Below are positions 12,501 through 23,300 of a stretch of 64,000 nt of DNA, one piece after another. Within the stretch, counting starts at the first letter, position 1; every line of letters begins with the position of its first letter. Source of the DNA: Phoronis australis (Eukaryota; Animalia; Phoronida); contig NMRA01000002.1 in the NCBI GenBank assembly GCA_002633005.1, positions 1,829,023 to 1,893,022 on the forward strand. The letters are read 5' to 3'. The position numbers were made by a program, and so were the translations under genes. Under the pieces are notes generated by a model that was given only the letters and a program-made list of their open reading frames with translations, searched no databases and was not told where the DNA came from.

Positions 12501-13903
12501 ACAGGGGGCACTGAAGACTCATAACTTGCCACCTCAGATTGGACACTACCTGCCTCACCTGCAGACAGAGTTTCAACTCTTAAAATAGCAGCCAACTTCG
12601 GTAGTCATGCTATTTCATTTTTATCTTCCTACAGGTCTGATTTTTCACCAAAGCACTTTATGTAATTCCACAGAACAGGGTCAATTTTTTTCAAATTTCA
12701 GGGGAGATAACTGAATGTCCTGCAAGAATTCCTGAAGTTTGAATGCTTATAGAAGGAATTAATTTAGGTCCTTGATACATGCACAAAGATTTCTGCATTA
12801 TCTTAACATGATTTAATTACTAGTTAAATCTGTTAGTTAGAGAACATGCTAGTACAGGGGTCCAGACTACTAGTTTGAAATTCAAACATATCTTCGTGAA
12901 CATTTTCCTGGTGGGAAAAACGGATCACCACACAAAAGTAAATTACTTTCAGCACAAGTTTGACACCAGGAAGTCTTCAAAACATACTATGTTCTTCAGT
13001 CCATTGTACAATTCTCACTACAGGCAGGTTGTTGCATTCAACATTTAGTAATACTCAGACAGATTGGTGCCTGATTTAAAAGTGATTTGAGAACCAGTTA
13101 CTCCCAGTAATAACTGGTGTTGTTCACTGGGAGTAACTGGTTCTCAATCAATTTTAATCAGCTTTTGAAAATAAGACCTACAACAATGATTATTACGATT
13201 CACAGCAGAATTATGTATGATAAATTATGTCTTGATAAAACGTGCTGTGCGTACTCAGGTGGTCACCAAGCATGGAATTCCCATCCTCCCCTTCTTCTCC
13301 ATCCTCAGATTCTTCTGAATGCGTGTTTCGTTTGCGCGGTGTTGCCACAGGGGTACTTTCCCCTGAAACTGCACCAAAGCTTGCATTTGAATCGTCGTCT
13401 TTAATAGCACCTTCTTTATTGTGTTTGCGCACTCTCTGTGCCCGATTCAAGGCTTGCAAACGAAGTCCTTCCTCGATACTTTGTGTCAAAGATTGACTGC
13501 TGTGATGTTTGCTAAGCTTTGCCAGCACCCTCTCTTGGTGAGCTTCATACTCTTCACGACTAGGGTAAATTTTAGAAATGAGCGCATCGAAATTGGGATC
13601 TGGTCTCAAGGACCGTTTTGAAACAAGCTTTTTGCGGCATGTCGGACATTCTTTGTTTCCACTCCGTAAAGCCGTAATAATGCAGTCGTTGCAGAATCGA
13701 TGCAGACACTCTTTCGTCGTCATGGTGTTTTTTAGCATATCCAAGCATATTGGGCACATCAGTTCGCTGTGGAGACTTCTAGGGCTTACAGCTATTTCTG
13801 TGCTGTCTGTTATTGTCTCTTGCGGCGTTCTATGGAGCTCATACAGGCTCAGTTCCCACGTTTTGTTGGGAGCAAGCGGCGGAGCAGCTTCGGTCGTCGC
13901 CAT
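9335..13903 (-). CDS. RNF2: E3 ubiquitin-protein ligase RING1/RING2 (PRC1 catalytic subunit), ~350 aa, 4 coding exons
   Basis: N-terminal [20 protein letters not shown] finger [22 protein letters not shown]...[21 protein letters not shown], and a C-terminal RAWUL domain ([18 protein letters not shown]...YWKVNRPLE). Exons 13903-13267, 12558-12397, 11322-11260, 9525-9335 have GT-AG ends and compatible phases (1053 nt). Confidence 0.95.
10360..10585. mobile_element. Internal fragment related to the 4576-4889 MITE
   Basis: Shares gcgcg...cctaaaa...ctcgaatttttgag...tgttcaa...attgtgcattc...gagccccctgggtgc with 4645-4785. Confidence 0.55.
11260..11322 (-). CDS. RNF2: RNF2 coding exon 3
   Basis: ttttcag|...|gtaacg; (I)[20 protein letters not shown]; not in the ORF track. 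Confidence 0.9.
11397..11900. mobile_element. Non-autonomous TIR element at a TTAA site (Kolobok-like)
   Basis: TTAA|GGTTATGTG...CACATAACC|TCAA. Purine-purine/pyrimidine-pyrimidine termini and a TTAA target fit Kolobok; the family call is inference. Confidence 0.55.
12397..12558 (-). CDS. RNF2: RNF2 coding exon 2
   Basis: ctgcag|...|gtaggt; [10 protein letters not shown]...[10 protein letters not shown], the start of the RAWUL domain. Confidence 0.9.
13087..13147. repeat. Perfect 22-bp inverted repeat with 17-nt loop in RNF2 intron 1
   Basis: ttgagaaccagttactcccagt pairs with actgggagtaactggttctcaa; imperfect pairing extends to ~13072-13160. Confidence 0.85.
13267..13903 (-). CDS. RNF2: RNF2 coding exon 1 (RING domain)
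   Basis: ATG in AAAATGGCG context at 13903 (in-frame ATG also at 13912). The donor follows 13267 (gtgacc) or 13255 (gtacgc); both are phase 1. Confidence 0.92.
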
Positions 13904-14315
13904 TTTTGTCATCCGGGCATCTCAATGTCTCAACACAAAGCGAAAATTTATAAAATAAAGCCAATGCAAACGCCTTTTTATGTGCAGTATGTCATATTCA
14001 ACTAACTACACGACACTCATAATTTTGCAATGGGACTTGTTGGCTTTAAAACAGTACTTTTGTAAACTAGGTCAACATAAGTCAAAATTACCCTCCCGCA
14101 TCAAAACGTTTTAAACAAAACATATATCTATATTTAAAGAAAAATTGTAGGAAATGTAATATATAGAAGAAAAAGTGACATTAATGACTAGGATATACAT
14201 ACAACGAATATCTAGAGCGGCGTTGACGAAGAAATGTGACGACATGCCGAGATAATGTGCTGTAATCCGCTGCAGTAGGTTATTTTCGCGAGTTGTCGTA
14301 AACCTCGAGGGCGCC
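13904..14315. promoter_or_regulatory. Putative bidirectional promoter shared by RNF2 and E4F1-like
   Basis: Divergent ATGs 412 bp apart; CpG-containing stretches; AGCCAATG (NF-Y-like) ~13959; TTTTCGCG (E2F-like) ~14283; YY1-like AAAATGGCG over the RNF2 start. Confidence 0.7.
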
Positions 14316-14385
14316 ATGGATGTGAACGACAAGGACAGACTTGCCGACGATAATGCTTCTGCTAAAGGACATTCTCCGGTTTCAG
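14316..14385 (+). CDS. E4F1: E4F1-like exon 1
   Basis: GCCATGG Kozak context; MDVNDKDRLADDNASAKGHSPVS; cag|gtgatc donor, phase 1. Confidence 0.75.
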
Positions 14386-17300
14386 GTGATCCTTTATTGG
14401 CAGACAGTTAGTATTTGTTTTGTTCCCATCACAGAAAGTTGCCATCTTTTCGGACATTTCAATGTGTGTCTGTTTAAGTCGCTTAGCTTGACTCTGTATG
14501 TGACCGATCACCAGTCCATTTTAGCGTTGGTGCGAAGTTGTATACTAAACAATCTAAACATGCAACTCGACTGCGCCGTTGTTGGTAAAAAAATTGGCCA
14601 AATAAAATCTGACATAAAATTGATGTCATTCCTAGCAAAGCTGTATACTAAATATACAACATTTTGCCCATCGATGTAGGTAAAAAAACTGACCCAATAA
14701 AATCTGACACAAAATTAGTGTCATTAAAAACTACTCTCTAGAATAATCTGAATTATTTACTGGTGTTGTAAAATTGGCGTTCCATTGTTATTCGGCTTTT
14801 AAAATTGTGTGATCTTTTCTGTCGGCTTTCGGCCCCATGAAATAGTGTGTCACCTATTGGCCAATTTCTTTTTTGCACTGTACATGCTTACTAACTGTCC
14901 TCAGCGATTGTAGAACGGCACTAGTCGGATATAATGGACCCTAACTTATTCCAAATAAATCCACTAAGTGTAGGTCTAAGTGAATGATTTTGGTATCGTT
15001 GCATTCCTCAGTCATGTGGCTATCCGTTCAAATTCTGTTCACGACCCTCAATTACTCTAGTCTATAACTACAACATGCGCTGAATTGATTGCTAGTTCTA
15101 CAAATTTGTCACTATTCTGTTATTAGTGTGCCTCTGAACTTGTAGAGCGATTTTGTACATTTTTCTTTGTGCACCACGAAATAGAACTGTTGTATCAGGT
15201 GACTTCCAGTTGTGTCGTGCTAGAAAAAGCCTTAATAAATGGCTTGGACAATTCCCTGTTGGCCAATTAGTTTGGACACTTCACTCAAGCGCCTACAGAA
15301 GATTCCTTGTTCATGTCCTCGAGCAATGATCAACAGTCAGTTTCTACCAAATTCAGAAATCGTTACAATGCAGTAAAAAATTTGCACTTTTTAAACAGCC
15401 TTGAACACTTCTTTCGTGGCATATATCACATCCTTTACAGTAACACCAGTCTTGTGACCTTCACCTCAATAGCTAGTTGTCCTTGATATTATTTCTCTGA
15501 CATTAATTTCTATTTTCTTTTACGGCACAGATATTGCCAATCTCGCTTCAGTTTGTGAATCGGTTGAATCCAGTGACAGCCACCATTGTGGACAATGCAA
15601 GTTGGACTTTGTGAAGCTTGTCGATTATATTAACCATAAATTGAGCCATGATAACTGTAAGGTGACTTACAAAAGGGTCAACAAGAGGGCGCTACCTCAC
15701 CTAGTGAGGAAGGATCCGAAACCTGCCCCTCAGGAATCTGGTGGTAATGTATCTTCAAGGTTCAGTTTAAAAAAATATCACTCCGGATCAAATCTACCCG
15801 CTTAGCCTGCAGTGTGTGAATCATTTTATTTTTCCGCATTTTTAAAGACGTTTCTTTTGATCGCTTATTTGTCATATTGCGGTTGATGTAATCGCTGACT
15901 CATTCAAAACAAGTCTTATTGAGGATTTAAGTTTGAAATTTCAGAGATGAGGTACATATCGGGACCGGCAGAATATGGTTTTCAACGAAAACCCTTCGTT
16001 GATTTGATTTTTCACCTGAAATCTTGAATACTCCTCCTGGTGAATACCTGCCAAAATGTACGATGTCATAAAACAATGTGTGTGCATCTTACCTTGAAAG
16101 TTTCAATCTACCAACAAATTACAATTTAGAGCGTTTTTAACAATTGCTTCATGTATTGTCAAATTTTATTTGGCATTGAGAAATGCAGTTGTAAAAATCC
16201 TGGCAGAGAAAATGTTATGCAATGTTTAGTCATGCCAATAGATGCCCGCATAGGCAAATTGATTCTAGTATTTAAACTGTCTTTATATTAAAAAGTGGGT
16301 TGCTTTTGCTTTAGGCTTCAAATTTGGATCTTGAGGGTGTAAGTGCTCTATGAAATGTCTTTCAATTTTAGAGACAGTTATGAGTCCTTTAGCTATCATC
16401 ACAGACAATCGGCCTTTTGAATTTGATTTGTGTGTATTATCAGGGATTACTCATTATCAAGTTCACTGTTCAGTTGACCCCTGTTAATTAAGTAATAATT
16501 TAAGTGAACCCGTGATCTTAACGGAGGCTTTATGGTGCTTGTGATTTGTGGTTTTACCCCTCGCTTCTTCCCCTGCTGTTGATTTTGAATAGCTGTCCTA
16601 TTTCAATATACTCAGCGAAGAAAGAAGCATATACTTAACTTTTGCCATTTTATGCAGGTATTCGTAAAAGAAAGAAAAAACAAAGTGACACCTTGAATGA
16701 GGATAACATCGTAAACGAGAGCATGTACTCGTGTGAAGTGTGTCAACGTTCATTTAGACGAGAAGCTGCGTTGAAACGCCATCAGGAACATGATCACAGG
16801 TCACATAATGACCCAGATAACGAGGACGATGAAGAGTACCTGGTTATTGATGAACACGGTGACAATGATGGCGATAAGGATACAGATTATAAAGCAGGTC
16901 AGTTTATTTTTGGGTGAGGAGAAAATCCAGGGACTGTGCTGGATAAAAGTGATTCTAAATTGAAGGAGAATTTTTTTATCACCGGTGGTAAAGTTTTTGG
17001 CCTTAAGAGGGGAATTTCATGTGATATTGAGCTGATTGTTTTCCCCGAAATCAAGTAGTTGAGTATTGAACACTTTGATTTTTAAGTTTAACAAGTTAGA
17101 AGCAAAAATATGTTTGTGAGATTAATGTTTGAGCTTCAGTCCTGAATTCCTCAAATGAACGTATTGCTCATTCAGTGTTCATTATATTGTGTATCCGCCT
17201 AGAACTTGAACTGAAATTTTCATGTCACAAGTACATTTGGGCTTCTTAATTAAAGTAAAATCCAAAAAGTTATTAAAAATTTAACTGGTTTGAAATAAGC

Positions 17301-20300
17301 ATTTGTGCTGCCTGTTTCAATGTCTGTAAGCATACTTGGTGCAACCACGGAACATTTCCCCCTTTACTTTGTGCTAAAGTCCAAGTTTGATTATTGAACA
17401 GCTGAAAATGGTCAGTGCAAAGAAGAAGATGCTTGATAACATGCCTCTTTGTGATTTGTATTGTTAGCCAGTTACGCTGTTCCTCGGAAGGCGGTAATTA
17501 GTTCAGAGCAAACAGCTGATGAAATACAACAAGAGGGAAAAGAAGCAGCGGGAGAGACACCTGGTGACAAGGAGCTACCTGCAGGCGAGCATGAGGTGCG
17601 GCCGTACAAGTGTGAAGAATGTGGCAAGTTGTTCAAAGTGGTGAGTGTTATGGCCACTAGTGAGGCAAGTTGTTCAAAGTGGTGAGTGTTAAGGCCACTA
17701 GTGAGGCAAGTTGTTCAAAGTGGTGAGTGTTAAGGCCACTAGTGAGTCTTATGGTAAGGACTTAATAATGTTCATTTTCTTCTGATTATTAGAGGCATTT
17801 CATCTATGGCACCGCTAATGTTTGCAAATGCATTGTGGGATGGTTGTGTGCACGTAAATGTCTGGCAACATCACACTTAAAGTGACAGCATGTCAACATT
17901 GGGATGTCACTTTCATGAACCGAAATTGAAAGCACGGATCCACTGCATTATGCATTTTGGCGCCAGTATGACGAAATATCCATCGTAGATAGAAAAATGA
18001 AAGACTGAAACCCAGACTCAACATGAATCGATTAAACAAATAGATCAGCAAGTCATTTACTCCAAAGATTCTTGAGGTGCACAATCTGATCATGCTGGAG
18101 TATAATCTCGCCATCTAAAGCATAAACTATAAGTCCACACCACCTGATATCAGAAGCAGACGACCTCTTGACTGATGTCTGTCTATGGGTGCTGGGGCAA
18201 CAATTGCTACATTCCAGCTCTTTACCTGTGTTCAGAAATAGTGATAAAACTAGGAGACTATCATTATGAAACACAATATTCATGCTTGTGTGACATAATT
18301 TTGATAAAAATGTATCATGCAGCAATCTTGTAAAAGACCACGCGTAGATGGACAGTATCAGAGAAGTCTATTGGCAGTAAATTTGTTCAGCTGACAAGTC
18401 GAATAATTAGGAATATGACAAATGCTTGCCTGAATATTTAGTCTCGTGTAAGGCATCCAGAAAAACTGGATCATCTTTTTCAAATTTTTGCACGAAGACA
18501 ATATTATGTTTTCTTTTTTAATTACACTCAACCACAAATTTTACATGACTTCGCTATTTGCAACCTGAAATGGATAAAGTTAACTAGCTTCTTGAGATTT
18601 TCTAAAACTCATTTAAATTTTAGGGACAAGTTATATGAGAGTTTCATGTAGACTCGCCAGTTGTTAGTATGGTGGTCTTAAGCGTCCATCACATGTCAGA
18701 ATAAAAACACTGGTCTACAGCAATGAGGAAATAATGTTGTCCCACAAAACTTGTCAGGTTTTGTGGAATGCCTGTCTAGCCTCAGTTCGTGTCTCACGAG
18801 AAAAACACCGTGTGTCAACAAAAGAGTGCATGTTGTGACAGAGAGGAAGCTAGAATAGGCCAGCATTGTCTTCAAGAGTACTTGTACTTAAAATCAGTGT
18901 ACAATCAAAATAAGTAAAACGTTTTGGCCCACCCTGTATTTAAGGTAGGTGGATACACAAAACTAATTTTGACTGTTTTTTACATTTTTATGTCATCCTA
19001 ATCTTTAATTCTTGATGCACAGTATACTGAAGAAAAATAAAATCATTCTGAAAATCCAAAGTTGTTTTTTTAGCTATATTTGACCAAGCCTCAGTAAGTC
19101 ATATGGCTTGAGTGCTCACCAGCTCAGTGATTGACAAGGACACTAGCTCTATTCTAACCCTGTCAACAAGCATTGCGTAACCGGGCAATCGAGAGTGCTG
19201 TATCAGCTGATATTGGTGTTGTAGCAAGACCAAGAATAAAATAATTCTATTTTTGACCATGTGAAAGTTGGTAGTGAAATGGTGAACTAGCTCCTGTTCC
19301 GAGCCTGAGCCTGTTTGTCTATCTGCAAAAAAATTAAGTTGAGTACGCCAAGCCCTACTACCAAAGCCATCACTGTAGGCTACTCAGCTTGAGGAGTCCG
19401 TGCAGAAATTGTGCATGTATAAGAGAAGTCGGTAATATAAGGTCAGGTGTCTTGCGAGAGGACGCTGAGTGTCGACGTGGGTGGTGTTGCACGATTCGGT
19501 GAGAATGCATGCACGCGCTGCGAAAACAAGCCGCGCACGTGACACATGGACAACTACATGCCGTCAGAGTAGAGTCTTTGCAGATAAACCGTGCGTCTGT
19601 GCTGGGAACGTGCCGTGGAGAAACTAGGCTGTCAAACCCAGAGGATTTTTTAACTTGCCACTGGGCGTAACTCAAAGAATTAGAGAAATGACCCTGTCAG
19701 GTTCAACATAACAGAAATTTTTCTAGTGCATAGATTCAAACGAATCCCTGAATTAAAACTCATGATATTATACGATTTTAGAGGAAAGCAATATAAGAAA
19801 CTTTAGTAACTTGAGAATCTCACCCAAGCGGCGCTATTTGCGCAGAAAGTGATATTTTCTTATCCCAAAGTCCATTCGGTACAGGCACGTAAAAATGTTG
19901 AACCATTACTATGAAAGTAGTTCTTTATCCTCGTCGCCAATATTGTTATGTAGGCAGTAACGTGGCGATTTGATATAACACATATATTGGTTAATGATAA
20001 TATTGGAATACTAACAAATAGGTCTGTCTAATATAGTTAGAGAGTCTTTTACAAACTGAGTGGAGAGTTCAGATGAATCGTATAAACAATCAACACATGG
20101 TTTTAATGTGTGGTCGGCACACCAGTACAGCAGACAATAGATCAACGCTAAGCTCCGCCCACGTGACAGCCATATTTGTTTTGGTCGTNGATCCACTGCA
20201 TTATGCATTTTGGCGCCTGTACGACAAAATATCCATCATACATAGAAAAATGAAAGACTGAAAACCAGACTCAAAATGAATTGATTAAACAAATAGATCA

Positions 20301-23300
20301 GCAAGTCACTTACTCCAAAGATTCTTGAGGTGCACAATCTGATCATGCTGGAGGATAATCTTGCCATCTAAAGCATAAACTATAAGTCCACACCACCTGA
20401 TATCAGAAGCAGACGACCTCTTGACTGATGTCTGTCTATGGGTGCTGGGGCAACAATTGCTACATTCCAGTTCTTGTGTTCAGAAATGGTGATAAAACTA
20501 GGAGACTATCATTATGAAACGCAGTATTCATGCTTGTGTGACATAATTTTGATAAAAATGTATCACGTAGCAATCTTATAAAAGACTCGTAGATGGACAG
20601 TATCAGAGAAGTCTATTGGCAGTAAATTTGTTCAGCTGACAAGTCGAATAATTAGGAATATGACAAATGCTTGCCTGAATATTTAGTCTCTTGTAAGGCA
20701 TCCAGATAAAACTGGATCATCTTTTTCAAATTTTTGCACGAAGACAATATTATGTTTTCTTTTTTAATTACACTCAACTACGAATTTTACATCACTTCAC
20801 TATTTGCAACCTGAAATGGATAATGTTAACTAGCTTCTTGAGATTTTCTAAAACTCATTTAAATTATAGGGACAAGTTATATGAGAGTTTTATGTAGACT
20901 CGCCAGTTGTTAGTATGGTGGTCTTAAGCGTCCATCACATGTCAGAATAAAAACACTGGTCTGCAGCAATGAGGAAATAATGTTGTCCCACAAAACTTGT
21001 CAGGTTTTGTGGAATGCCTGTCTAGCCTCAGTTTGTGTCTCACGAGAAAAACACCATGTGTCAACAAAAGAGTGCATGTTGTGACTGAGAGGAAGCTAGA
21101 ATAGGCCAGCAATGTCTTCAAGAGTACTTGTACTTAAAATCAGTGTACAATCAAAATAAGTAAAACGTTTTGGCCCACCCTGTATTTAACAAGCTTACCA
21201 TAAGTGTGGATATGAACTTCTTTCAGGAAGGTGTGTTAAGGTCACATATGCTTCGTCATTCAGACTACAGGGGGTTCCCCTGTCAAGTTCAAGGATGCCC
21301 CTTCGCTTTCAAGACCAAGGGGTCACTGAAACGACACATGAGGCGACATACAGGTACTGCACTGGTACTGCTGAAGGGAAAAGCTCAGTTTGTTTACTTG
21401 ATGCTAGGCGTAATAAAGTCCCTATGCTGCAGTTAAACTGTAACAAAACCAGATCTGCAACTTGCACTTTGATGGAGACTTGAGTTACTGCAAAACTGCT
21501 GCATTTTTGCTAGTCTTTTCATAGCCATACCTCTAACTTTAAAGGACACACATGCTTAGGGATAAGACTGAGGCCACTTGAGTTGTCATCAGGATGGCAG
21601 TGAGTGAGTGTGTTTTGAAATCAATTTTTGCTTGAAAGTGATTCAGGTGGTGAGGAAAGAAATGAACTGCTAGCGAAAATGACCTCTTCGTGGAGCTCGT
21701 CTATCTGGTGGCGTGAACTGCTACAATTTTTGTCACTCATGCAAACCTATTATAAGACGTATGTTTAATCATTTGCCTGTGATCGCCTTTGAGTATGTTT
21801 TGATTCATAATCAGCATGTTAACTTCTTCAAAGTTTATTTAGTGGCACCGCATATTGCAATTGCTCTGAATTCAGGTTTCTTGAAAAAGAAAATTATGTG
21901 ATAAATCTAGTTTCATTAAATTAGTTAAATCCACTAACCTGAGGTTGACGTAAGTTTAATTTCATTTTTGACTTTGTTTTCAGATGAGCGGCCATTTAAT
22001 TGTAAAGACTGTGGGCGGAGCTTCAGGGAGTCAGGGGCATTAATCAGACACCAGAAATCAAGGTTTGTCCAGAGTTGTTGACTTGTAAATCTGGTGTTAG
22101 AAATTGGAACTGTGTATGGCATTGTTCATTATTATTCATTAACTAAAATATGTAGTGCTTATGACTGAGCATTATATACTTGAAAGTGAAGAAAGGACTA
22201 TGTGGAGAAGATAAGACAGATTAAAGTGACGAAATGATGTAAAATATAATTATAATACACAATGCAGACCTGTTTACTTCTACTGAATGATTGTTATCAC
22301 TACGAATTTCATGCAAAAGCTCTGACGCTACTGGCGTTTGTTGTCAAGCTACAGAAAATCACTCTAAATATGATTAATAATTTGTAATCTTCCACTTGTC
22401 AGCTTGATAATTTACTAAAACTTCGAACGGATCTCGGACTAAGTTAAAAAATCATCCTGCATGTTGCATGTCTGGACTGTTTGCTGTGCAACTCTCAAAC
22501 CTTCTGTATGACATTTAATTTTCAGGACTCCCTGTACCTTAAAGACTGATCGCTGCCTACCACGTTATGGCAAGGTTTTGGACTTTGTGTTGCCTCCATC
22601 AATTCCAGCCATAAGCCATCAGGATCACAACGAGGTTTGATATTCAAGTCTTCCTGCCTTTGGCATTGTTCATTTTCTTTTTCACAAGGAGTTGGTCAAA
22701 GTTGCATCAGTTGGATCCAACAAGACTTATATTTGTTCAAGTGTGACAAAGTTCGACTTATTTGAAGGGTCTTGTGTGTTTACTGGATCAATGTGGTGTC
22801 TTGGCTGAGTGTGCGGCCACATATCTATATGTGGCTGCATAGTGCCATCTGGCAACCGCAATCCCTTTCCAGGATCTTAATGAGATTTGGTATCTGTGTT
22901 CCTAAGAAACTAATGATAAATGAAGATGAGTTTCGGACAGATTCAACTATCGCTGGGCCCCCTGGGGACAATTTAATTTTTTTACGTTTGTCTTTCTATC
23001 TTCGAGTTCTTTGATGGATTTTCAAGAAGTTTCGAAATAGGCTTTTATTAAGATGATGATGCTTGTCCATGTTCGTTGATTTTTATTTTTTGGATTCCCT
23101 GTTTTGGCATCCACTTCTTTATCCACCAAACCCCTAAAAGGATCTCTTAAAAAACATGATTGACGTGTTCCTGACGAGAAGTCTATGGCTGTATTTTCAG
23201 AGTTCGGTTTTAGTGAAATTTGGAAAACGAGTTTCTGTTATGATGGCAATAGCAGCTCTCCATTTTGGGATGGATTTGGCATATTCATGTTTATTTTTTG

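Noticed and set aside
13242-13958. Plus-strand ORFs overlapping RNF2 exon 1
   Set aside because: Antisense shadows of a real coding exon.
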